Below, piece by piece: positions 30,944 to 40,809 of a stretch of 64,000 nt of DNA. Source of the stretch: Erysipelotrichaceae bacterium. GTDB lineage: Bacteria; Bacillota_I; Bacilli_A; RFN20; CAG-826. The notes under the pieces are model-generated. The model did no database searches. It was not told the origin of the DNA and saw only the letters and a program-made list of their open reading frames with translations. The stretch spans positions 5,840-69,839 of the forward strand of contig DURD01000025.1 in NCBI GenBank assembly GCA_012837435.1, given 5' to 3'. The translations under genes and the position numbers were made by a program. Each line of letters begins with the position of its first letter. Positions within the stretch are counted from its first letter, which is position 1.

Positions 30944-31906
30944 TTACTTTTTATTTTTACCCTTCTTTTCTTGTGATCGTTTATCGTTGATTTCTTCCAT
31001 TTCTTTTACATCAACGATTTTTATTTGGCGTTCATTAGCCCAATCCACACAACCTTTTAAAACTAATTTAAGAAAAGGACGTGGAACTTTTACGAGCATT
31101 TTTAAAGCTTCGTCAGTAAATTTAACATCAGTATTCAATCTATCAGCAGCGTAACGAATTGAGGAAATATCAACTTCGCGATTTGGAATGCCTACTGCCT
31201 GTGGTTTTTTAAAATCTGAACACCAAAAATATTTGCTATCTCGATAGCCCCAATTTGTGGGAAGCGGACAAAAATTCTTTCGTGTAGCGCCTTCAATAAT
31301 TGAATTGTAATATTTTTCATTAATTAATATGCGATCAATTTTTAAAATAAAATGTGCACCAAATTTAGAAGTGATGCCATTAAAATTGTGATACTTAAAA
31401 TTATCGTAATCTTCTAAAACAGGGTCGTCTTGAGCATTGTCTAATTCACTTACCCAACTGCATTCGAAAATTTGCAGTGCTTCCTTTAAAATTTTCGGAT
31501 ACTTTTCTTTTGGATTTTCTTTTTGTAAATGACTATCGATAGGAGTAAATCTAAAATTTTTCATTTTTTCCTCGGGAGTATCACCAGGAAAACCGCAATT
31601 AACGTGTTGAATAAAATTCTTTTTGGAATAAGGCATAAAGTTTATCGTGCATTTTTTATGTCTGATTAAACCTTTCGCGGTGTTCGAGGTATTGCGGCAT
31701 TCAAGTATCATCGCATAAAATTCTTTTCCGGCGATATAATACGGAAATATCAGAGAATAAGCCCCATAAGATGTTAAAGACCTATCTTCATTTAAAGTAC
31801 CGATTAAGGTTAAGGGCATGGGGAAAAATGAGGATGACTGATAAAAATTATCAGTAATTCGGATTTCTTTAAAATTGTCGTTCATAATAATTTTCTCCTT
31901 CATCAT
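30944..31906 (-). CDS. Hypothetical protein (possibly flavin-reductase-like split-barrel N-terminal domain)
   Basis: A 320-aa ORF with good coding look. There is a weak resemblance (FFPMPLTLIGTLNEDRSLTSYGAYSL) to FMN-binding split-barrel proteins. It has a lysine-rich C-terminus. Confidence 0.4.
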   Translation of the reverse strand: MMKEKIIMNDNFKEIRITDNFYQSSSFFPMPLTLIGTLNEDRSLTSYGAYSLIFPYYIAGKEFYAMILECRNTSNTAKGLIRHKKCTINFMPYSKKNFIQHVNCGFPGDTPEEKMKNFRFTPIDSHLQKENPKEKYPKILKEALQIFECSWVSELDNAQDDPVLEDYDNFKYHNFNGITSKFGAHFILKIDRILINEKYYNSIIEGATRKNFCPLPTNWGYRDSKYFWCSDFKKPQAVGIPNREVDISSIRYAADRLNTDVKFTDEALKMLVKVPRPFLKLVLKGCVDWANERQIKIVDVKEMEEINDKRSQEKKGKNKK

Positions 31907-32007
31907 TATATAGCAGCAAATAAATTAAAGGTTGACAAATAAGTTATTAAGAATTACTTTTCTTTTGTAAGTGCGAATTATTTTCCCACGGAAAGATTGA
32001 AAAAAAT

Positions 32008-33447
32008 ATGGAAAAAACAGTTAAACCAACTCTGAAGTTGAATTACAAACGTACTTTCCTCATTGGTTTTGCCTTTTTTGGCATTTTATTATTTTGGCAA
32101 GTGTACGATTCTTGGTGTCCAACCTTACTATCAGAACTATTTAAGGATGCCTTACATACAACAGATGAAAAAAGTGTACAATATCTCGTCGGTGTTGTCA
32201 TGGCAATGGATAATCTTGCCGCTTTGATACTATTACCAATATTTGGTCATTTATCGGATAAAACAAATACTAGAATTGGCAAGCGTATGCCTTATATTTT
32301 AATAGGAACATTTGTCTGCGCGGTAGCTTTTCCATTCATTCCAGTGTTTTATCATTACAACAATGTCGCTGGAGTTGTCATTATGATGGCCATCGTTGTA
32401 TGTTTTATGATGATGTATCGCAACCCCGCTGTCGCACTCATGCCTGATTTAACGCCTAAACCGTTAAGATCAAAAGCTAACGGTATCATCAATATCATGG
32501 GTTATATCGGTGGAGCTTTTGCCACTGTCGTTGGTATAGTCTTTGTTCTAAGTGACTACCTCGGTACAAAACTACTTCCCGATGGATCGCCTGCTCCTCA
32601 TACTTGGGCTTACAACAATATTTGGGCTTTGGAGGCTCCTTTTTTAATTGCTTCGGTATTGATGGTTGTTTCCGCTGTCGTTTTATTCGTAAAAATTAAA
32701 GAGAATGAAGTTAAAGAAGAAATTGCTGATGAATTAAGACTTGGTGAAGAAATGTCAGCCACAGAAGACAAAGTCGATGATGATAAACCGATGACAAGAG
32801 CTAACAAAATAATGCTTTTCTTAATTCTTGGCGCAGAGTTTTTCTGGTTTATGGCGGATAATGGCGTCGGCACTTTTATGGGTAATTTTACTGTTTATCA
32901 TTTAGGAGCTTCTACTAGTTCGAACATGATTAACACCATTATAGGCGGAGTTGGTTCTGTGATAGGTTTTGCTATCGGAGGAATAATCGCTTCAAAGATT
33001 GGCCGTAAATGGACCGTTGTTTCCGGTCTAGCTTTATCGTTGTTTGCATACATTATTTGGATTGTTGGTACATTCACATTCCTGAAGGGTGCTGCTGGCG
33101 GTGGACAGTTCCCACCAATTATTTGGGTCATTTGGCTTATCAAAGGTTTCGGCATGTCATTAGTTCATCTCAATTCCTTCCCCATGGTTGTGGAACTATG
33201 CAACGCCAAAAAGATTGGAGCCTTTACTGGTTATTATTATGCTTCCTCCATGGCGGCTCAAACCATTACCCCTATCGCTTTAGGTTCGTTATTTTTAATC
33301 GAAGATTATTTTGATTGGGGATATTTACCAGTTTACGCCGCTGCGTGTTTAGTAATCTCATTAGCGATATTTATGTTTGTTAAAAATGTCAAAACTAATA
33401 AAGAGAAAATTACAGTAGGATTAGAAGCTATAGGAAGTGACGACTAA
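32008..33447 (+). CDS. MFS-type transporter (candidate glycerophosphodiester or sugar permease)
   Basis: It has 12 predicted TM helices with a central charged loop. It is translationally abutted to a GDPD gene. Confidence 0.7.
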   Translation: MEKTVKPTLKLNYKRTFLIGFAFFGILLFWQVYDSWCPTLLSELFKDALHTTDEKSVQYLVGVVMAMDNLAALILLPIFGHLSDKTNTRIGKRMPYILIGTFVCAVAFPFIPVFYHYNNVAGVVIMMAIVVCFMMMYRNPAVALMPDLTPKPLRSKANGIINIMGYIGGAFATVVGIVFVLSDYLGTKLLPDGSPAPHTWAYNNIWALEAPFLIASVLMVVSAVVLFVKIKENEVKEEIADELRLGEEMSATEDKVDDDKPMTRANKIMLFLILGAEFFWFMADNGVGTFMGNFTVYHLGASTSSNMINTIIGGVGSVIGFAIGGIIASKIGRKWTVVSGLALSLFAYIIWIVGTFTFLKGAAGGGQFPPIIWVIWLIKGFGMSLVHLNSFPMVVELCNAKKIGAFTGYYYASSMAAQTITPIALGSLFLIEDYFDWGYLPVYAAACLVISLAIFMFVKNVKTNKEKITVGLEAIGSDD

Positions 33448-33448
33448 T

Positions 33449-34144
33449 ATGAAACCCTTAGCTATTTCTCATCGCGGAGTACACAACAAATATTACGAAA
33501 ACACATTAAACGCTTTTAAGGAAGCGGCAAAAGGTGCTTTTTACGGCATTGAAGCCGATGTACATTTGACCAAAGACAATTATTGGATTGTTCATCATGA
33601 CGCTGACTTTTCAAGCAACGGAGAAAAATATGTCATCGCCGAATTAACAAAAGATGAAATTATTAAATTACCTTTAGATAATGACCTCGATGATAAAGAG
33701 GCCTACATTCCTCTAGTGGAAGATTATTTAAAAATTTGTTTAGAAAGTGGAAAAAGACCAGTTATTGAAATTAAACCTAAAAACCCCCCGATGAAACAAC
33801 TTAAAAAATTAACGAAATACATCGATCAACTTATGGGTTTAGGAAATGTCACATTTATCGCTTTTTATCCGTGGCCCTTATTAAAATTAAGATTTAAATA
33901 TGGTCGTCGCGTTCATCTTCAACTTCTTATCGAACCCTATCCTTCCTTAATTAAACTCGCAAAGTTTTTCCGAATGGATATCGATATTTCTGAAAAATTG
34001 TTAGATCAAAAAACTGTCGACAAATTCCACAAGAAAAAATTGAAAATTAATGTGTGGACGGTCGATGATATAAAAACACTTAGAAAATTAGAAGCGATGG
34101 GTGTTGACTATATCACCACGAATGTCTTCGATCAAAATTCATAA
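33449..34144 (+). CDS. Glycerophosphodiester phosphodiesterase (GDPD family)
   Basis: ISHRGVHNKYYENTLNAFKEA...GIEADVHLTKDNYWIVHHD...VIEIKP. ATG 33449 lies 1 nt after the MFS stop and has an AGGAAG RBS. The ORF-track start at 33437 is a GTG. Confidence 0.85.
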   Translation: MKPLAISHRGVHNKYYENTLNAFKEAAKGAFYGIEADVHLTKDNYWIVHHDADFSSNGEKYVIAELTKDEIIKLPLDNDLDDKEAYIPLVEDYLKICLESGKRPVIEIKPKNPPMKQLKKLTKYIDQLMGLGNVTFIAFYPWPLLKLRFKYGRRVHLQLLIEPYPSLIKLAKFFRMDIDISEKLLDQKTVDKFHKKKLKINVWTVDDIKTLRKLEAMGVDYITTNVFDQNS

Positions 34145-34166
34145 AAATAAAAGGGCGACCACCCTT

Positions 34167-34982
34167 TTATTTTTGGAACAACTCCACTAAATCAGCAATC
34201 GAATCGATGATATAGGTCGGTTTTCTTTCTTGAATTAAAAACTCTTCTTTTTTCGTTTCTCCAGTTAGTACCGCGACAGTATCGATGCCAGCATTAAGCC
34301 CAGCGACAATATCAGTATAATAACGGTCGCCCACAATCATAGTTTCTTCTTTACTGACTTTAAATTTTTCCATGACTTGATAAATCATTTCGGGTTCTGG
34401 TTTGCCTAAGAAAAGTGGTTTTTTATCGGTGCACATTTCGATGCATTTACAAATGCCACCGCAGTCAGGGATATAAAAACCGTCTTCAATCGGACACCGA
34501 TGGTCCATATTTGTGGCCACGAAACCACTTCCTTTTTGAATGTATAGACAAGCCGCTTTTAGTTCTTCATAAATTAATTCGGTATCAAATGAAACTAGAG
34601 TAACTTCTGGAATTTCATCGCTATTTTCATCTAACAATACAAAATATTTTTTTAGTTGTTCTTTGAATGATTTCACTCCAAGAACATACAGTGTTTTAAC
34701 TTGTTGATCTTTTAAATATTTAATTGTGGTTTCGATGGAAGAATAAAAATTATCGATGGTACATTCAATACCCATCCCTTTAATTTTTTCAACATAAAAG
34801 GGTAGAGAATGCGAAGAGTTATTAGTCAAAAAGACAAAAGAAATGTCGTGCTTTTTAAAATATTCAAACGTCTCTTTTACGCCTTTAAATAAAGTGTTGC
34901 CGAGATAGATAGTTCCATCCATATCAAGACAAATTAATTTCTTTTTATGAATTAATTTTTTTGATTCTTTTTCCTTTAACAT
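34167..34982 (-). CDS. HAD-IIA family sugar-phosphate phosphatase (NagD-like)
   Basis: ICLDMDGTIYLG...VFLTNNSS...GKPEPEMI...VGDRYYTDI. Confidence 0.8.
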   Translation of the reverse strand: MLKEKESKKLIHKKKLICLDMDGTIYLGNTLFKGVKETFEYFKKHDISFVFLTNNSSHSLPFYVEKIKGMGIECTIDNFYSSIETTIKYLKDQQVKTLYVLGVKSFKEQLKKYFVLLDENSDEIPEVTLVSFDTELIYEELKAACLYIQKGSGFVATNMDHRCPIEDGFYIPDCGGICKCIEMCTDKKPLFLGKPEPEMIYQVMEKFKVSKEETMIVGDRYYTDIVAGLNAGIDTVAVLTGETKKEEFLIQERKPTYIIDSIADLVELFQK

Positions 34983-35010
34983 AACGACATCCTTTTTTGT
35001 TCTAAAATGC

Positions 35011-35970
35011 TCATTTATCGCAAGAATAAATCACGCCAATTTGCTTTCTAATTTCATCCATTAATTGCAAGACTTCTAACGAAGATTTTAGAGAGACAAA
35101 GCTCTCCTTTTTACCTTCTTTTATATCCTTAGCTACTTGAGCAAATTGATAAGTAAATTTGGGGCGATTATCTTTAAATACAACTCGTTCTTTTTTGGTT
35201 TTTAAAATAGCTTTGTTGGCCCGATGAAATAACGGGACTTTAATCGTACCTTTTTCACCTTTTATCACACACGTATCGCCTTGATAAAGATTAAATCGGC
35301 TCGCTACATTCGCAGTAAAATTGTCATAAATGAACTGTGATTTATTAAAAATATCGACACCGTTATATAGTTTTCCAGTGCTGATGATTCTATTCGGCAA
35401 ACCAAATAATTCATACATATAACGAACGCAATAAACCCCCAAATCTAATAGGGCTCCCCCGTATTTTTCCACACTAGAAAGTCGAATGTTTTTTTTATAT
35501 CCGAAAAGAGGTACACAAAAGCGACAATCTGCGCTTTTAATCTTGCCGATTTTATTTTCTTTTATCCATTTTTTTACTTGCAGAGAAACGGGGTTAAACC
35601 AGGTCCACATTGCTTCAGAAAAAAACGTCTGATTTTTTGCATTTAACTTCAGTAGTTTTTGCAATTCTTTGGCGTTACCAGTCAATGGTTTTTCACAAAG
35701 AACAGGTTTCTTATTTTCTAGACATAATTTGATAAAATCAAAATGCGTATCATTCGTGGTAGCAATATATACACCTTCTACTTTAGAATCGTTTATGGCT
35801 TCAAAAGCCGTATCGTAAACTCGACCTTGAAACACCTCAGCAAACGAAATAGCTTTTTTCTTTGTTCGGTTATAGACAGAAACTATTTTATGCCCTTCGA
35901 TAGTCATAATTTGTTTAGCAACTCTACGAGCGATTTTGCCCGTGCCAATAAAACACCAATTAAATGACAT
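35011..35970 (-). CDS. Gfo/Idh/MocA-family NAD(P)-dependent oxidoreductase
   Basis: It has the N-terminal Rossmann motif WCFIGTGKIARRVAKQI and the EKP motif (VLCEKPL). Confidence 0.8.
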   Translation of the reverse strand: MSFNWCFIGTGKIARRVAKQIMTIEGHKIVSVYNRTKKKAISFAEVFQGRVYDTAFEAINDSKVEGVYIATTNDTHFDFIKLCLENKKPVLCEKPLTGNAKELQKLLKLNAKNQTFFSEAMWTWFNPVSLQVKKWIKENKIGKIKSADCRFCVPLFGYKKNIRLSSVEKYGGALLDLGVYCVRYMYELFGLPNRIISTGKLYNGVDIFNKSQFIYDNFTANVASRFNLYQGDTCVIKGEKGTIKVPLFHRANKAILKTKKERVVFKDNRPKFTYQFAQVAKDIKEGKKESFVSLKSSLEVLQLMDEIRKQIGVIYSCDK

Positions 35971-35978
35971 ATTCTCGA

Positions 35979-37556
35979 TTAAATGTGTTGTCCCTTCACA
36001 TGTTTAATCGCCGCTACTTCTACGGGGATAGCCTCGATGTAGCGCTCTAGAAATTTATTGAAGCCGCGAACTTCTTCTTGGGTGGCCATCGCTACTTCTT
36101 CAACCGCATTGATGAATACCTTATTGGCTAAGAAATCTTCTAGTGATTCACCTTTTTCTTTGTTCAACATATAAGCAGCGAGCAGAGCTTCTCCGTATGG
36201 TCCGCCTTCACCCGCGCTAGCCAATGTAGCCACTGGTGCATTAAGAGCGGCGCTCAGCGCTCTTGCGCCTACGACAGGAGTTTTAAAGAAGCCTCCATGA
36301 CCATAAATCTTATTGATTTTAACACCTTGCTCAATAACGATATCAAGACCAATTCTTACAATAGCTAAAATAGCTAAAATATGCACTTTCATAAAGTTAG
36401 CTAACGATAATTTAGCGTCGGGTTCTCGTACAAATAAAGGACGACCTTCCTGTACACCCACTGCGGCTTCACCAGTAAAATAATTAAAAGAGATTAAGCC
36501 TCCCGCATCGGGCTCACCTTCGAGAGACTTGTTAAATAGACGAACAAACAATTCGTTTTTCTGTATAGAGCCTCCCGCGAGAACGATAGCTTGATGCAAT
36601 AATTCTACCCAAGCATTTATATCGGTCGTGCAGTTATTCGCGTGAATTAAGACTGCGGGATTTCCGCTTGGAGAAGCGATAACATCAATTTCTTTGTTAA
36701 CTTTGATTTTTTTATCTGTTACTAGAGTAACGTTGCTGCTTGTTCCCAATGAAGAATTACCATATCCAATTCTCACAGAGTTAGTAGCAATCATCCCCGT
36801 TCCCATATCGCCTTCCGGAGGACAAAATGGAATGCCCGATTGTAAAACGCCTGATGGATCAATTATCAAAGAACCTTTTTTTGTCAGGTATCCAGCATTT
36901 TCTCCTGCTAACAAACATTTAGGTATTATATCTAGTATTTTCCAATTTACTTTATCTTTGATTAATTTATCAAATTTTTTGATCATCTCAGCATCATAAT
37001 CTTTAGTCTTGTTGTCTAATGGAAATATTCCACTGGCGTCATTCGCACCGATAACTTTTTGACCAGTGAGCAAATAATGGAAATATCCCGCTAAGGTTGT
37101 GGCAAAAGCAATTTCTTTCACCTCTTTTTCCTCATTTAAAATCGCTTGATATAAATGAGCGACTGTCCAACGTTGAGGGATATTAAAATTAAAAAGTTTA
37201 GACAATTGGTCTTGAGCTTCTGGACAAATGGTGTTTTTCCACGTACGGAATTCTGCTAATTGTTGACCTTTTTTATCAAAAACAAGATAACCATGCATCA
37301 TACCTGAAATCCCAATCGCTCCCACTTTTGACAATGGACGACGGTACTTGGTTTCAAATTTATTTTTTAAACCAGCATAGCAATCAATCAAACCCATTCT
37401 CGCTTGCTCCAAGGTATAAATCCAAATACCATTTTTTAAAGTGGATTCCCAAACGTATTCATTCGATGCAATTATTTCGTGATTTTCATCGAGCATGACC
37501 GCTTTAATTCTCGTAGAACCGAATTCAATGCCGATGACACATTTTTCTAAAATCAT
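35979..37556 (-). CDS. FGGY-family carbohydrate kinase
   Basis: It has an N-terminal ASKHA phosphate-1 motif (IGIEFGSTRIKAV) and a C-terminal HGGFFKTP..GARALSAAL segment. Length is 525 aa, typical of xylulokinase- or ribulokinase-like enzymes. Confidence 0.7.
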   Translation of the reverse strand: MILEKCVIGIEFGSTRIKAVMLDENHEIIASNEYVWESTLKNGIWIYTLEQARMGLIDCYAGLKNKFETKYRRPLSKVGAIGISGMMHGYLVFDKKGQQLAEFRTWKNTICPEAQDQLSKLFNFNIPQRWTVAHLYQAILNEEKEVKEIAFATTLAGYFHYLLTGQKVIGANDASGIFPLDNKTKDYDAEMIKKFDKLIKDKVNWKILDIIPKCLLAGENAGYLTKKGSLIIDPSGVLQSGIPFCPPEGDMGTGMIATNSVRIGYGNSSLGTSSNVTLVTDKKIKVNKEIDVIASPSGNPAVLIHANNCTTDINAWVELLHQAIVLAGGSIQKNELFVRLFNKSLEGEPDAGGLISFNYFTGEAAVGVQEGRPLFVREPDAKLSLANFMKVHILAILAIVRIGLDIVIEQGVKINKIYGHGGFFKTPVVGARALSAALNAPVATLASAGEGGPYGEALLAAYMLNKEKGESLEDFLANKVFINAVEEVAMATQEEVRGFNKFLERYIEAIPVEVAAIKHVKGQHI

Positions 37557-37730
37557 ATTATCCTCCAGTTGACCGAACCAAAAATATAGTTAACTAATTA
37601 AAATGTATTCGCAATTAATTGTACGTCAGTAAAAATTATACAATAAAAGTGCTGCTTAGAACATGATTAATTGTAGTATAAGATTCGACTTTTATTGTTT
37701 TTAAAATGTTATCAAACATAAATGGAAACA

Positions 37731-40700
37731 TTACATATTGAGTATGGATTTAAGTTCTTTGATAGAAAGCGATTTAATTGAAGAGTCGTCGCTGCTAATA
37801 ACTTTATCGACTAATTCTTTCTTTTCGTTTTGCAAATTAACCACTCTTTCTTCAATGCTGTTTTCTGCGATTAATTTAATTACTTCGACCGATCTTGTTT
37901 GTCCGATGCGATGGGCTCTATCACTAGCTTGATTTTCCGCAGAATAATTCCACCATGGGTCGAGATGAATGACCACATCAGCGCCGATTAAATTAAGGCC
38001 CGTACCTCCTGCTTTTAAAGAAATTAATACGACTTCGTATTCTTCATTTTGATTAAATTCATTGCATATTAACAAACGTTCTTTCGCGGGAGTTTCGCCA
38101 GTGATCATGAAAAATTTAATATCCATTTTAATTAGTTCTTCTTTGACGATATTAAGCGCGGAGACAAATTGAGAAAAGATTAAGAACCGATGGTTATCTT
38201 CTCTTTTTACTTTAATGATCTCTTTTAAAGTCGTAATCTTACCTGATTCCCCCACAAAATTATCAACAAAAGTTGAAGGGTCGACACAGATTTGTCTCAG
38301 CCGTGTAATAATCGATAATATTTCCATGACTCTCGTTCCCCCAGTCGATGCTTTGAATTCTTCTTTAGCCTTTAAACGGAAGGCGTCGTAGAGTTTTCTT
38401 TGTTCAGTGGTCATTTCGGTGGTGATAATCACTTCATATTTTTCTGGTAAATCTTTTAAAACATCTTCCTTTCTTCTCCTCAGAATGAAAGGAGCGACCT
38501 TGTTTTTAACAATCTTAAAGTAATCCTTATCGTTTTCAAAAGAATCTTTAAAATCTTCATAATCTAAAAGGTAATTAGGCATCAAGAAATCAAAAATACT
38601 CCACAAATCATAAATGTTATTTTCGATAGGTGTTCCCGTTAAGGCAAATGAATGCAAAGTATTGATTTGCTTAACAGCGTTAGTCTTTTTCGCGTGCATG
38701 TTTTTAATGAATTGAGCTTCATCTAAAATGCAAATATCAAAAGCAATATGAGATAAATTTTCGTATTCATTTCTCAAAGAATCGTAGCTGATAATATAAA
38801 CTCCGAACTTATCATTTTTTATTTTTTTAATAATCTTTTTTCTTTCTTCGACTGTCCCAATAATCGCATACACCGGTATTTTTCTTGCGAATTTAGCAAA
38901 TTCACTTTTCCAGTTAAAAATGAGCGACTTGGGCGAAACGATGAGAATTGGTTTATTTTGTTTTACTAAATCGATGAACGCGATAGTTTCGATAGTTTTT
39001 CCTAAACCCATGTCATCGGCTAAAATGCCCCCTAAAGAATACTTATACAAGATGAAAAGCCATTTAACACCTTCGATTTGATAATTTCTAAGTTCACCAT
39101 CAATAGAAGGAGTTTTGATTTCATAGTTAGCAAAATCTTTTAGTTCATTGAAAACATCATCTAAATAAGAATCCATCGATAAGAAGTCATCATTTTTTCC
39201 GTAAGCCTTGAAAGCATAATATAGTGGTAATTTTTTACTTTTGCTTAAAATATTGTTGGTGATTAAATCAAAGTCTTTGGCTAGTTCGTAAAATTCTTTG
39301 GTTTCTTCAGAAATTAAACTGATAAAATTATCGCCGATTTTAACAAATTTCTTCTTCCGCTTTAAACCAATTAAGATCGCTCTCAACTCTTCATCAGTGT
39401 AGATGGAGCTTTCTGTTAAAACATCGAGCATTGAACCCTCTTTTCTAATGGTGATTTTAGGAGAAGAAAAAGAAGATACTTGGCGGTTGTCTAGATCTTT
39501 AGAAAAATACAGTTCTGCGACAGCGCGCAACGGCTCAAGAGTGCTGTTTAAAAAGTCCCAAACTTTAGCACCATCACTTAACACTGATTCAAAAAACCCA
39601 TAACTTTCTAAAATATTTTGATAATGTTTAATTTGTGAAGTTTCATGAAAATTAGTGATATGTGAAGCTTTTATCTCCATATCATTTTTAAAATACCGAC
39701 TCTCGACATAAATGTTTTCTTTTTCATAATCAAAATAAGCTTTTATTTTTAAAGAAGATTCCAGCATTATTTCTTTAATGTTTTCTGAAATAATAAAATA
39801 TTCTGGGAATTTTTCAAAAAATAGGTATTTAAAATTATCAAAATTATTTTCCACTGTTGAAAGAGGGTAATTTATCGCAGAATCGATTAAATTATTTAAA
39901 TGTTTATTGTCGCTTAAAGCCTTAATTTCGTTCGCTGATTTACACATATAATATTTTTTAGTTAGAGGTATAAATCCAGGAATTATCCCTTCAACATTAA
40001 GAGAATAATCATCATTAGCGTGGATAACTACCGGCATTTTTTCTTCGACAACATGGTATATTTCACCATTTACATATAAATAATCATTCGTTAGACAATC
40101 TAGTAATTCATCTAAAAAAGCGAGTGATGATTCACTTTTTAAATCTATAAAAAAATTGGGACTATATTTTTGTAGAATTTGAATAATTCTTTGACTTATT
40201 TCGTCGAACGAAGCAAGGTTGTGAATTAGAGTTAAATCTTTACCATACCTAAATTCTTCCTCATTATTGAAACGAGATAAAAATCTTTCAATAGAAGCGA
40301 TTTTATAGTCTCGTCCTTTTCCCACTGTGGCGTTAATAGAGTAGGACCAGCGTGTATCTTCTAAATATATTTTTAGGCGAGCTTTGCTACTAGTTTTGGC
40401 AATTTCTTCTTTATACATTTCTTTAAAAACATCGTCCAAGGATAAATCGAAACTTCTTTGCTGTTCACGCCTTTCAACATCAGAAATTTCAAATAAAAAT
40501 TTTTCTGACAAATCTTTAATTTTTTGATATTCTTCTCTATAAATTTTTGTAGCGATAATATTGAAATGATCACAAGGTTTCTTCTCACGACAAATTTCAC
40601 AATTGTACTCAGTTTTACCACTATAAGTAATTCTAAAATCGATGATTTTTAAATGGTTGATTTTTGTTAATAAACGAATAAAAAAAGATGGATGATTTTC

Positions 40701-40808
40701 GGCATCATTTTCGATGCCGTATTCATAAACAAAATATGAAAATAACTCCAGATCTTTTGGTGTTAATTGCTCTAGCTGATAACGTTCTAAAAATAATAAT
40801 ACATCCAT
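37731..40808 (-). CDS. SNF2-family ATPase/helicase with an N-terminal SWIM zinc finger
   Basis: The SWIM motif is CEICREKKPCDH. The SNF2 motifs are GGILADDMGLGKT (I), DEAQFIKN (II), LTGTPIEN (III), LISLKAGGTGLNL (V) and DPWWNYSAENQASDRAHRIGQ (VI). Confidence 0.9.
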   Translation of the reverse strand: MDVLLFLERYQLEQLTPKDLELFSYFVYEYGIENDAENHPSFFIRLLTKINHLKIIDFRITYSGKTEYNCEICREKKPCDHFNIIATKIYREEYQKIKDLSEKFLFEISDVERREQQRSFDLSLDDVFKEMYKEEIAKTSSKARLKIYLEDTRWSYSINATVGKGRDYKIASIERFLSRFNNEEEFRYGKDLTLIHNLASFDEISQRIIQILQKYSPNFFIDLKSESSLAFLDELLDCLTNDYLYVNGEIYHVVEEKMPVVIHANDDYSLNVEGIIPGFIPLTKKYYMCKSANEIKALSDNKHLNNLIDSAINYPLSTVENNFDNFKYLFFEKFPEYFIISENIKEIMLESSLKIKAYFDYEKENIYVESRYFKNDMEIKASHITNFHETSQIKHYQNILESYGFFESVLSDGAKVWDFLNSTLEPLRAVAELYFSKDLDNRQVSSFSSPKITIRKEGSMLDVLTESSIYTDEELRAILIGLKRKKKFVKIGDNFISLISEETKEFYELAKDFDLITNNILSKSKKLPLYYAFKAYGKNDDFLSMDSYLDDVFNELKDFANYEIKTPSIDGELRNYQIEGVKWLFILYKYSLGGILADDMGLGKTIETIAFIDLVKQNKPILIVSPKSLIFNWKSEFAKFARKIPVYAIIGTVEERKKIIKKIKNDKFGVYIISYDSLRNEYENLSHIAFDICILDEAQFIKNMHAKKTNAVKQINTLHSFALTGTPIENNIYDLWSIFDFLMPNYLLDYEDFKDSFENDKDYFKIVKNKVAPFILRRRKEDVLKDLPEKYEVIITTEMTTEQRKLYDAFRLKAKEEFKASTGGTRVMEILSIITRLRQICVDPSTFVDNFVGESGKITTLKEIIKVKREDNHRFLIFSQFVSALNIVKEELIKMDIKFFMITGETPAKERLLICNEFNQNEEYEVVLISLKAGGTGLNLIGADVVIHLDPWWNYSAENQASDRAHRIGQTRSVEVIKLIAENSIEERVVNLQNEKKELVDKVISSDDSSIKSLSIKELKSILNM

Positions 40809-40809
40809 A

